Below are positions 1 through 12,212 of a stretch of DNA of 64,000 nucleotides, one piece after another. The DNA is from Yuukianura sp. NJ FZ-2021 (Eukaryota). The stretch spans positions 8,866,001 to 8,930,000 of the forward strand of contig CM102290.1 in the NCBI GenBank assembly GCA_046563655.1. The letters run 5' to 3'. Each line of letters starts with the position of its first letter. Position 1 is the stretch's first letter. The translations under genes and the position numbers were made by a program. Under the pieces are notes generated by a model. It saw only the letters and a list, made by a program, of their open reading frames with translations, did no database searches and was not told where the DNA came from.

Positions 1-101
1 GCTTACGTAATCTGGAAAGTACAAACCGATTTGTTTTTGAACAGGTCTCGCAGATCTCCTTGTCGTGACTTGGAAGATTGACAGTCAGTCTCAGCGGAAA
101 T

Positions 102-931
102 ATGGCAGCAGCAGCGGCTGAGAACATTCCAAAATTCAAGGTGGTTCTTGTTGGCGACGGAGGAACGGGAAAAACTACGTTTGTAAAGCGGCACTTGACT
201 GGAGAGTTCGAGAAAAAGTACGTGGCGACACTTGGAGTAGAAGTTCATCCGCTAATTTTCAACACCACTCGCGGAGCCATTCGATTTGAAGTCTGGGATA
301 CTGCAGGGCAGGAGAGAACTGGCGCCCTTCGGGATTCCCATTACGTTGATGTAAGACTACGCGATCAGCTGAATTTGAATATTCCCGCTGAAGAGAATAA
401 TGTTTTAGTAATGTTCTTTTCTTTTCATTGTTGCATTCAGGGGAAATGTGCGATCATCATGTTTGATGTCACTAGCCGGGTAACATACAAAAACGTAGCC
501 AACTGGTATCGTGATTTGGTGCGTGTATGTGAGGACATCCCGGTAGTTCTTTGCGGCAACAAGGTTGATATCAAGGATCGGAAGGTTAAAGCCAAGAGTA
601 TTCTGTTCCACCGGAAGAAGAATATCCAGTACTACGACATCTCCGCCAAGAGTAACTATAACTTTGAGAAGCCATTCCTGTGGTTGGCTAGGAAGTTGCT
701 GGGTGATCCCCAATTAGAATTGACCGCCATGCCCGTTTTAGCACCACCGGAAGTTTCCATCGCTCCCGAGTTACAGAATGAAATGCAAAATCAACTTAAG
801 GTAAGCATGCGCTGTTCTTTTCCTTTGTTGTACTAAATTAAGCACTCAATTTTTGAAACACCCACTCTACCTCTTTTTTACAGGAAGCTGAGGCGATCCC
901 GCTTCCGGATGATGTCGACGACGACCTTTGA
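102..931 (+). CDS. Ran: Ran GTPase with divergent switch II; exons 102-350, 441-800, 884-931
   Basis: [10 protein letters not shown]-loop, [11 protein letters not shown] switch [25 protein letters not shown] and acidic tail [13 protein letters not shown] introns at 351-440 and 801-883. Confidence 0.95.
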
Positions 932-1581
932 ATTCCACCACCACAACAACAACACAAAATCAATTCTTCGCTCATTCGTGATGAAATCCTTAGGGAAGCT
1001 AAATATTAGCATTTGAAACGAATTTCAACTTTTGGAGGGGATTTAGAACTACTTAATTTGTCTAAGCATTGTCCAAAATCTTGTTACATACTGTCACGGT
1101 TTCATTTCTGTGGCGCCAAAATTTTTTTGGGATACATAGTTCCATTTGCTAGGTGTAACCTTAATAAATCCAGATTAACTCATACCTAATAAATCTGTAT
1201 TGAATTTGGAGTTTGAAGAGTATAACTGGAACCTATTATTCCAGTAGTCCTTCGTTTGCATTTGGTTGAGTTAACTTTACTTAATTTACAAAAATTAGAC
1301 AGCTTGACTTTCTGGCAATTACTTTATTTCAATTATAAAACTTCCTTCTAATTACTGTTCGTGTAATTAGTAGTATCTTCATGAGACAATTTACTCGAAT
1401 TTATGTGACAAACAATGACTTGATTTACATTCGAATATTGAAAATTGGCAAAGTAAGACCAATTTCGGACCAAATTGTTTGTAAAACGTTTAAACAGTCT
1501 AAAGTATTTTGTACTTCTTCACATTGCGCGTTTGGAAGGTTCTTTGAAATCATGAGTTTAAAGTTAACCGGCGAATATTCT

Positions 1582-2875
1582 TCAATCATTCGAGTGGTTA
1601 CGTTCACCAAAAATCGTTGAGCCAACTCGAACGTTGGAACTGCCCAATCGAATCTGGTAGAAAATGAAAAGTCATTTAAAACCTTATTCCAAATTGATTA
1701 TCATGATAAATAGAACCGAAGCGTGTTGAAACTTACTGCTTCCTCGAAATCGCCAGACATTCCCATTGACAGCTCAACATCTTTAGCCTCCCATTTAAAA
1801 ATTCTGCACAACGATTCACGTATTTTGACTAGCAACTAGAATAAGTAACACAGGGTTAAATGGAGACATCAAATCTTAGTATTGAGTTAAACAATCATTA
1901 GCATAAACCGCCCCGAACACTTACCACAAAATCGGGATTTGGTGTAGTTGGAGTTTCGTAGTCTCGCCCGATTGTCATGAGTCCACGAAATCGAATAAAC
2001 GGACAGTCACGGACGATGTAGCCTACTAAGTCATTCACGTGACTTGGTGACACTCCACCCTTGGCTATGGGAAAATGAATTTAGTATAACAAAGTTACTG
2101 ATGAAATAAAACTGAACTGAAAATATCGTACCATTTTCCCCACTTGTGTTGACCTGCACCATAACATCGAGAGGGTCCGAACCTCGTCTTTCGGAATTAC
2201 TTTCAATCCACTTTTCTCGTTGACTATTGATTGTTCCGGCAATTCGCTGAGAGTCAACTGTTTCAATGACTGATAATTGCGCTCCGACGGAAATCAACTT
2301 GCCTATTTTGTTAGACTGAAGATGTCCGATAAAATGCCTATAAAAATACACAACAAATGAGATGTCTCACTTGATAGATAGCTTTCGCTATCAATGTTGA
2401 ACAACATACCATTTAATATCGGGACATTCCTTCTCCTAAATATAACGAACAGTTGTAAATTAGTACAAAAAGTTAAGCATTCCAGCAAGTGGTAAGGACA
2501 CTAACCAGCGCTTCAGCCTTGGTAACCAATTCTTGGACATAATTTTCTCCAAAATGACGGTGACCAGCATTATAGGCCTTCAGAATATGGGAAGCAGGCT
2601 TCAATTTACCAACAGCAACTAATCGGACCTCACTGGGAGATGAGTTTTTGACTTCCTGGAACAGGAAAAAACATTATCAATCAGATCAGATTAACACACT
2701 GGCAATTCAATAATGGTATCAAAGTAACCTCAGATCGCTCAGCAATGGCGAGTGTGATTCGACCACGAACTTTTTCTATATTCTTAGAGATGTGGTCCAA
2801 ATCAACGGTGGTCGTCGATGACACCAGGTCAGGAATGCTACTGGATACGGAAGTCTTTGACCCAGACGACGACAT
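1582..2875 (-). CDS. PLPBP: Pyridoxal phosphate homeostasis protein (PLPBP/PROSC/YggS family), multi-exon, including a 26-nt exon at 2435-2410
   Basis: Spliced motifs [47 protein letters not shown] and [18 protein letters not shown] at 2875, TGA at 1584-1582. Confidence 0.93.
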
Positions 2876-4054
2876 TTTTACAGTAGACAATGACAAAACA
2901 CGTCCGAAGTTAATCCGTGAGCAAATTCTTCTTCCTAAGTTATTGGATGTGACCTACATGACAACAAACACAAATTACAGAATCAACAATGTATTTGGAG
3001 ACTGTCAACCTGATTAACTTTAGTAGTCATTAGAAACGTGTAAATAATTAATAAATTAATTTACGGAGTTAAGCTCACCACCTACCAGCATTAGACGTTA
3101 CTCGTTTACAGGTTAGGCAGGCGTGAGGTGACAGCAAGTGATGGGTTTTATATGACCACTTCCTTCCGTTCTGTTATTTTCGTCCCTTGACAGTATTTCC
3201 TTGTTCCTTCTCCCTGAAATTTCGACTATAGTTAAAAAAAAACTAACAGAAAATCACGATTAATGGTTGGCGTTGATTAACCTTTGACCTCACGTCGTCG
3301 TGTTTCCTAAGTTGCATTGGTTAACCTTAACTAAGCCGGGTTTGGAACATAACAATGATAAGGCTTTCTGCCCATATCCGATGGAGCGGAGGCATACATA
3401 GAAGTGTCCCTTTGTCCAACCCCAAAAATCAGAAAATTGGGTTGGTATAAGGTTGAACGACTAGAATGTTAGTCACCGTATACTAGTCACCTCCGCCATC
3501 TTTAGTGGCTACAGTGGTAGCTATAATATGCAGTAACTTATGCTGCCATGTTACGTTGAGCTAAAATGACTAGTCAAGTTGCCACTCCGGTGTAGCCAGC
3601 CAGCCACTGCAGGGACTGAAAATGACGGAGCGGTTGAATGTGCGGCTACAACGGTGGCCGACAATCCTTACTGTAATTGAAAGTTGTCATGTCAGTTTTA
3701 TTTTTTATTTTTGAAATGACTTTTATAAGGAGTTTTATCGTCTCAGGAAGTCGTTTGCATTTAACACCTTGGTGTGCTTTTAATTAGGGTTAATTATTTA
3801 ATTAGTTTTAGTTTAAAGCTTTAGGTTGTCTCTTGATTGTCTCAAACTACGGTTACAAGATTTAAAGTAATCGTGCTCATCAGCTGTTTCTCACAAGTAC
3901 ATACTACTTTGGTATTCTCTCTCATCTCGGTGATACTGATAAGTCTCCTAGACATCTGCATCTTCAGGAAGCAGTAACACAAGAAGTCTTGTTAGTTATC
4001 GGAATCGAGAGGAGGTCATTGACCTTAAGGACAGGGGGTAACTTTAGGAGCACA

Positions 4055-4849
4055 ATGAGCGTCAACGCGAATAATTCAAATGCTAACTGTATCTCAACAC
4101 CGCCCTCTCAACGCGTCTTTGTTAAACGCGACTATCATTTAGGAATAAATATTCGTTTCAGTGTAGATTTTCCTCCGGAATTAAATGGAAGGGTAAAACA
4201 TGCATTTTAAAAAACTTATAAATATAAACATTTAAATGTAGGATATGTGTACCTAACATCATCTTTACTACTTTCTGTTTGTACTAGATTGACCAGAGTG
4301 CATTTGAGTACACGTTCAACCAGATCAACGAACTTTTTGAGGAAGCAGAAAGAATAAGCTGTTCTACATGTTGGGAGTCATTGTTGGGATTTGTAACAGC
4401 TAATTTAATTTACACTTGCAAGGACACCACTTACGAAAAAGTAAGTCATTTAACGTAAGCCACGGAATTTTAATCAATTGTGTGACTGTTTTAAAACTGG
4501 AATCGATGTGGGTGAATGAGACGCGGGTATTTTATGCCGTACTGGTACATGTCATTTACTTTAATGTTTTCTGTTCCTACGTTAGTGCTTGAAGAGGGTA
4601 TCCAAGTTCGTCCTAGAACAAAATCAACGTGTCTACCTGCCCCGAGGACTACGGATTTCTGATCCAATGGACCATGGTCTTCGTACAGTACGTAACCGAT
4701 ATATTATTGCCATTTGATTTCCAATTTTCGGTAGTTTTATACTGTTATAAAGGATTATAACGATTTTTTATAGGGATGATCTGATTTTCTGATTGTTTTC
4801 ATGTTCACAGATTTCCATAACAATTTTTGGTGAAGGAGGAATACCGTAG
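4055..4849 (+). CDS. GOLGA7: Golgin A7 / Erf4 family palmitoyltransferase cofactor, 4 coding exons
   Basis: RVFVKRDY...FPPELNGR|IDQSAFEYTFNQINELFEEAE...YEK|CLKRVSKFVLEQNQRVYLPRGL...GLR matches GOLGA7 family motifs. Canonical introns; TAG at 4847-4849. Confidence 0.88.
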
Positions 4850-5616
4850 ATGAACAATCTCAACAAGGAACAGCACTTCCGCAACCTTGCAGTTTTTGTA
4901 AACCTTTCAATGAGAAATTCAAATCCCCCCCAGGACTCCCAAGCACTGAACAGGTTAATGAAAATTCAATTTCAAATGTTGTGTACCCATCCCAATATTA
5001 TCTATTTTTTCAAAGCTTTATACGAATTGAACTTAACGAGGGTCAGTTTACTATCTTAAGTTCAACTTCAAAACGAATAGCAGTATTCTTGGTTCTCACC
5101 GCTTTAGAGTAATTGCCATAGCGCGCCAAATTGTTTTCACATCTCGACATTGCGATTTTCTTCCGAGATTTTCATTTAGTAGACTTAATTGCCCGAAATA
5201 TTCTTTCGATTTAGAAAGTTCGAAAATTAAAACATCAACTTTTAGTATTACTGACACAATGATTATTGATCAGAGCAGACGAACAGAGAGCGACAATGTA
5301 ATGTTTGTTTAATTTTGTTAGATTAATTGGAAAGTCCCTTCAAAAGGGCAAGGATTGTGATTGTGTGTCGCATTTGACAAATATTTTCTAAGTTAATGTA
5401 CAACTAACATAACAAATATAAATACCTAACGTAACGTCTTATATATACTCAGTTAAGTGTTCAGCCTCAGTAAACTCAAAAAAAAAATGAAAACGTTCAA
5501 AATGGCAATGAAACTAGTTTGAATTGGATTTAGTGTTGCATGGTTAGGTACAATCTAACTCGATTTCAAAGCGCGGTGAAACCGCCATAGTAACTACATG
5601 TATTGGTCAAACTAGC

Positions 5617-8600
5617 CTAACTTTCAGAGTTGACTCGGGACTTGCCATGGTTGTCAACCGTTTGATTGACGTAGATTGGTTTGCGATTCCTTGACGTTTC
5701 TGTTAAGTTAAATTCCGCATGGATTAAGCTCAGTGGGGATGAAGTTGTGGCAGTAGTGTTGTTCGGCACTGGTATCGTTCCCTGTCCTTTCCTAGACAAC
5801 TCCGGTCGAGTTTCAGTCGTGTCGGTTGTGGTGACAGAATTTCCATCATTTCGTTTATTGTAGAATTTTGGTGGTAGCTTGATGTAGAATTCACTGGACT
5901 TGGATTTCGGAGGGGGATCTGCTGGAACTTGCTCCTTTCGTTCATCGTCTGTTTTTGTGGTCGATGTAGCATTACTGCTAGATGCACTTTGTAGGGACAT
6001 TTTACGCATTTCGCGCTTATACTTCTTCGAGCTTCGACGCAAGAAGTCTTTAAAAACGCTGGAGGAATGGCTGGAGGTTGTCTATCAAAGAGGGATAGTT
6101 AATTTTAAGCTAGTCCAAAATTAGTTCAAAAATAATCATAGCAAATGTGGAATTCATGGGATTACCTTGGCAGAAAGCTGATCATCGTCAAAAAATTGAT
6201 GAGTTTCGGATGGAGGAAACTCTGTTATGTGCGTCGTAAACTCTTCTTCTGATTTGTGGTCTCCTATTTGAAACAATAATAAAGGAATACGAATAACTGA
6301 AACTTTGAACACAAAATTCTGGTTTGACTAGTTTTTTTTTTAGTAAGTTCACCTTTTGTTTCGACACTGAGGTTATGTCCATCAACTTTTCCAACCGGAC
6401 ACTTCAACTCCACTGGTTGCCCAGTCTCCAGCTAGAAAAACAAATTAACGCATGAAATTCCATATTGAACCCAACTAGATAAAGAACGGATTCAATCAAA
6501 TTATTCTTACGTCGTGTATCACAATGTTATCCAGCTTGAGTGAATGTTGTGCAAGAATCGGCTTAAGTATCTCCGCCATTTTGCGGGCAGGATTTGCACG
6601 AATTCCAACCTTCCAACCTAAGGGAAGTTCAATCCCAATGAAAGCTCTTGGTTCTACCCTAATTTCACGTGCTGTAATTTCGGAAACTTCGGTATTGAGA
6701 TCCATCGCCTGCAACACAAAAAATTCACTGTATTATATTATAATCCTTGATTCCGTTTGTAGTGAAAGGTTGAACTTTTAATTCGAATTCCATTAGTACC
6801 TTCCCAGTGGAAACAGACACAACTTCAAAAGCAGAGTACGGGAATTCACGCTTCTCCAAAAGTCTTTGAACCACAGTTGAAAGCGACTCTCCCGGTTTAC
6901 ATGGCAAAACGGTTGTTGAGCTGTCCGGAAGCACAACTCTGCATACTTTACAACTTTGACGACGTGTATCCTCATCTTGGTCGGACTTTTCGCACTGAAG
7001 AACATCAGGAGATGAAAAGTTTAAAAAACCTACCCTATGAAAATATTTAGAAAAAATAGTACGCTTACCCCACCACCTTGACTTAGAGCTGTTTTCTGGA
7101 TGAAAGACATGTCAGAGCTTAACCCTTGATCATCCTAACAAACAAAAACGCTTTCAGTTTTAATCTGTAGGCAGATTTGAGAATTCCATGATTGAGCTGA
7201 CCTTATTCCTTTGCTTCTTCTTTGATCTATTTTTCATGTTCCACGGAAGGAGAGATTTTCGTCTAGCGTCAGCATTTAGCTTTGACTGAGACTTGACTGA
7301 ATCCGCATCTGAGTCTGTAAGCTCTCCAACGGACTGGACAGACGATGTTCCGTTCATGTGATCTCGATAAGTTTCAGACTTCAAGAATCTCGGATAACAA
7401 TCAAATTTGAGAAGATTGAAGACTTGTGACAAAGGGAGATCAAACATTTCAAGAGTCGGTTGAGCCAGGGCTTTCTCCACTGTGTTTCTAGCCTGTGAAG
7501 AGACAATAAATAGAAATAGTTAATGACCGCTTCAAAATCACGTTAACCTTTACAATTTTAGCTAGTAATCACCTTGTGATCAACATTGACAGGATCTGTA
7601 GCTCCATTTTGTAAATGCTTCTGAAATACTGTTGAAGCTAACGAAATCCTCTGAGAATTTGTCAAATTCGGGTAGCATTCCTTGTACTGGAGGCAAGCAG
7701 TATAGAAGTGTATATTCTCCGCCGAAAATTCACGTTCCAGGAACTCCTGCAAACACAAACAATGCACAATTTTAGGTCGTAGCTCAATCACTTATTTCAT
7801 ATACTGTACGCTGTGCTACACGCTTTTCTTGTTGGAAAACTTGTTAATTTTAAACTCAGTAAACTCAAAACCATATTTGGCACTCTGGGATTTAAAAAAA
7901 ATTACCCACAGGAACAATAAAAACATTAATAGTTGCATTGAACACAAAAGTCTTATAATAAATCATTTCCATCGACACTTAAACTTTTATAGCTACGTTT
8001 TAATGGCATTTCATGGTAAGCTGTAGTTACAGTTCTCCCACACCTTAATTAATCATCCTAATACTTGGGTGTCCTTTTACGACTCTCATTTCCTCCTGTG
8101 CTCTTGTGGCGCTGACTTTTGAAAATGCGGGTTACTTGCTAAATGGTTGTTAAAACATGGACAGGGGCATCAAACGATGATTAATTCCCCCAAGTTATGC
8201 AACGTAAAGAGGAAGACCAGCTCAGTTGCAGTCCATTGCCCTCGTCCAATTCACAGCAATAATTTTGAATAAAGTTCGTTTCAACAAACGGGCATACTGC
8301 AAAATACTACTTATCGGCCTACATACAAATATTTGCGTTACGTACTTCCCTGCCACCACTCGTACAGAGTAGAGATTCTCAGTAGAATCGAGTTTTAATC
8401 CACATGTGGTCTACCATACAAAAGTCGCCGTGACAAACGTCCCGTTTGTTAGAACTTTATGACTTACCGTCTCTAACCCTCTGTTTGAAAAAGCCTAAAC
8501 ATCTTCTAAATAGCATGAAATCTTGGAAACTTGGCCTTGACAAGAGGTACAAAGAAAATGATGCCATTTTGCAAAAATAAAAATTAGCAAAAGAATGAAG

Positions 8601-11358
8601 CAAGAAGAGAGGCAGTCATTTGTGTAATTGGCAGAACAACGTCGAAGTGGATTTTAAAAGTGAGAAACACACCTACATCACGCATAGGCAGGAAAAGAAG
8701 TCAACAAAGACATGATTTTGATTTTGATAAAGATGATGGAGAGGCTCATTGTCTCAATTCAATGGCAAACGAAATTCAAACAATAAATAGTTACAAAGGT
8801 TTTTTGAAAACTGAAATGCAGCATTCACAATTCATAAACTCTTCTGGCCTATCCTTATCCATTCGTTATCTACAAACAACCACAAGCATTGTATTTTTGT
8901 ATTGGGAGAAAGTAACACCAAATCTTTGGCCTTGTATGACATCCCAGCGCTCTGCAACTGAAAATCTGAACCATTTTCAATTGGAATTGTGAATTAGAAG
9001 CTAAAAGTACCAATGCAACGAACTCTCCCACGCTCTACAGATACGGAAATAACAGGATAAAGTTTCCACAACCCCTTTGCATGTTTAGTAATTGATGAAA
9101 TATAAATCAGACTTGTAAGTAGCCAACTCAAATTGAATTTGTAGATTGTGTTGATACTGTTGAGGTGTAACTTACGGTAAATACTTCTAATCCATTTGAA
9201 TCACTGAGCAGCTTCTCAACTGACTCCGCCCATTTCTTGGCAGGATTCGCTTCTAAGTTTGGCTTCGGTGCTTCCGGCACTTTGAATTCCCAAAATTCAT
9301 CTCGGATTGGTTTCAGCACTTCCTGTTGCAAGAAACAAGAAAAAATCACAATGTTAACAAATTTACTTTCTACAGTATCATGGTATAGCATATAAGATAA
9401 GTCACGACATTCATGCCTCTAAAGTTACAATTACTTAGACACGAATTAGAACATCTCAACTTCAAACTTTCCCCATACTGTATCCATCAATGCTTACAAG
9501 TCGCAGTACTTGCCCCAAAAGTCATTGGAAAGTTTTACTGTCCGGTAAAATGGTCGTAATTTTGGTCAATTTAAAAATTAAGTTTGGAATTATTACATGT
9601 TGCCAGAGAGAGTTGCTCAAGTCTTCGTCTTCTAGTGAAGAATTGTAGTAATCTTCAATGTCAATTAGTAAGTCAAACTGAACAAGATTTATACATTGTA
9701 AAAGTGAATAATTAAATAATTGTCGGTCACGGCCTTCCATTGTTGAAGTACCCCACCGAGTAATTCCTACGTAAGGGACTGCATTAATTCGATTCTGTCT
9801 TTTATGCATTTAAAAGTGAGAACAAGGAAAACTAACTACAATTAAACTGACAACAGAATGCAACGCAATGAATTTGATGGGAAAACACAAGGAAACTAAA
9901 CTTGGGTGTGCTTCCTACAGCACAAAAAAATTCAATTACGGTTAACCTAAAAAAATTACGTTAGTTATAAAGTATAATGTAGACGGAAATTAATATCAAT
10001 ATGAAAAAAACACAGCCTAACCCTACGGGATCTAAAAAAAAATTCAATAAAACCGCACGCAATAGTATGCGCTTTTGTTTTTGCGTCGGTAATTTCCCAT
10101 TTACACCGCTATTATGCTATGCATTGACACTAAGAACGTGCAGAACTAAATCACCAAGCAGAACTTAAATTACAAACACAAACTAAATTGTTTCACACAT
10201 GACACTTACTTGATTGAGGGCAGGCGTAGATGATCCAATGATTCCTTTCTTCTCTAATTTCTTTCCGTTAATTACACATCCAGATCCATTACGACCAGTG
10301 TCCAAGATATCTGGAGAACAGAGATTGTCCAAGCTGCGAGTCACTCCATTTTTGGCACTTGATACTGGAACTGGTAAGTGATGCATGGGTGGATACAGAG
10401 CGGAACTGTTGAGTTGCCCCTCACTTTCTTCGGAATTGGTTGATGGCCTTCCAGTACCATCCATACTTCGTCGCCTATCTCTTCGCTCATTAGACCTTCG
10501 AGGAGATGTAATTATCACGGAAACTTCTAATGGACGTTGAGGTCTTTCCACATCAGACTCAGATTCTGGTGGCTGAAGACGGGAGCGACTATGTCGCTGT
10601 CGCTGCTTGATACCGTTTAGACTAAACCGAGAAAGCAGCGAGGCTTTTTCTGGATGACTCAGCCCATTCCCGAAGCTTCGATCTCGATCATCCCCCAAAA
10701 TCTCATTCATGGAATTGAGATCTGTTTCAAAGTCATCATCAGACGGAAGGGAATGTTGTTTTGGCACTGGTCGAGATGAAACAGTTTTCTTGGCTGGTGG
10801 CGTAGGAGGGAAGAGGTAGCCAAAAGCAACTGGTCTTCTAGGCGACACTTTTGTAGTATAACGCATGGCAGTAGGATACGAAACCATATTTGTAACTGGA
10901 TCTCTTCTCAGCAGTCTCCGATTTCCAGGTACCGGAAGTGGAAGTGCCGTTGGACTTCGAAGTCGAGTTGGCAATGATTCATCGTCGGAACTTTCACTAA
11001 AGTAAGAGTCTGCAACGTGAAGACGAAGAAATCCAGTGGACTTTCCGATGATCTGGACCACTTCGTCATGAGCCAAATGAGTAACTTCTCTACCATTGAC
11101 TCCTATCAAGCAGTGCCCTTTACGAAGTCCGGCAAGGGCTGCTGGACTGCCGTCGATAATTGACCTGAGGAGACACGGCTTTTGTCCAGAGATTGTAAAT
11201 CCGTAGCCAGTACTTCTTCGAACCAACTCCACAACACGAATATTACTTCGTCTTAATCCAGTGAGAGATGAGCCGAGTGGACCGCCTGTCATGTATCCAT
11301 GTCCACCAGATGACCTCTTCTTTCGTCGACGTATATGAGTGACACTCGGAGGCTCCAT
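5617..11358 (-). CDS. loco: RGS12/loco-like regulator of G-protein signalling (PDZ, RGS, two Ras-binding domains)
   Basis: PDZ GYGFTISGQKPC; RGS WAESVEKLLSD...EFLEREFSAENIHF...FNLLKFDCYPRFLKS; RBD1 LPDSSTTVLPCKPGESL; RBD2 IELPLGWKVGIRANP. Exons are joinable in frame by GT-AG introns. Confidence 0.9.
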
Positions 11359-12212
11359 TCCTTGCCTTGTTTTCTAAACGAAACTGTTCAGTTTTAAATC
11401 TCCAATTAACCTCACCTCTTTAAATCATCGTCTGTCCACTCGTCACTGTTCTTAATCCTCTTGTTTCGTAAATCGCACAATGTATCCAATGACGGGATCC
11501 CAAATCCCTTCATTCATCGTTACTGTCATATGTCGGCTTAGAAGTACTAAATGGTCCGCCACGTTATAACTGATTAATTTACCCGAGTCCAAAATGATGG
11601 TGTAATCTATCTCGTTTTCTTTTTCCCCCTTCAGAACAATGCTTCTGACAATTGTTGGATGACTGCAGACTTAGTAAATACTAAACTTGCGTCAACGGTG
11701 ACAAGTTGACGGTAAACACTTGAGTGTAACTGTTAATCTGTGCAAAAGTTGATGATAGAGCATGTGACACGGTGTTTGTTTGAGTCCCAAGTCCCAATGT
11801 GTCCAATTGACTGTTTACGGTTGACTGTTGTGATTGAGAAAAACCAACTTGGTTTTTCGTGCATAAACGCATATGATGATGAGGATGGAAGGGGGAGGAC
11901 GAGGGGGATGATGAGGGCGAAGGGAGATCCTTTTTAAGGAGTCCAATGGACGTGCATACCACGCGTCCAAGTCTTTCATTCTTCTGCAAAGGAATGTGGC
12001 ATGGTTCCACCATTTGTAATTTACTAGAAAATACTTTTTAAATATGTACCTCTTTTACTGACTGTCCAAAACAGGCCTGGAGTTGTATCAAAGTGCCAGT
12101 TTTATTTACCGTTTATTCCGATACTGAGTAACTGAATAACCGATACTGAATTCGTACTACATCGTAGTAGTTGGTCTGCTCGTCAACGGTATCCTCATTA
12201 ATCGTTTCAAAA

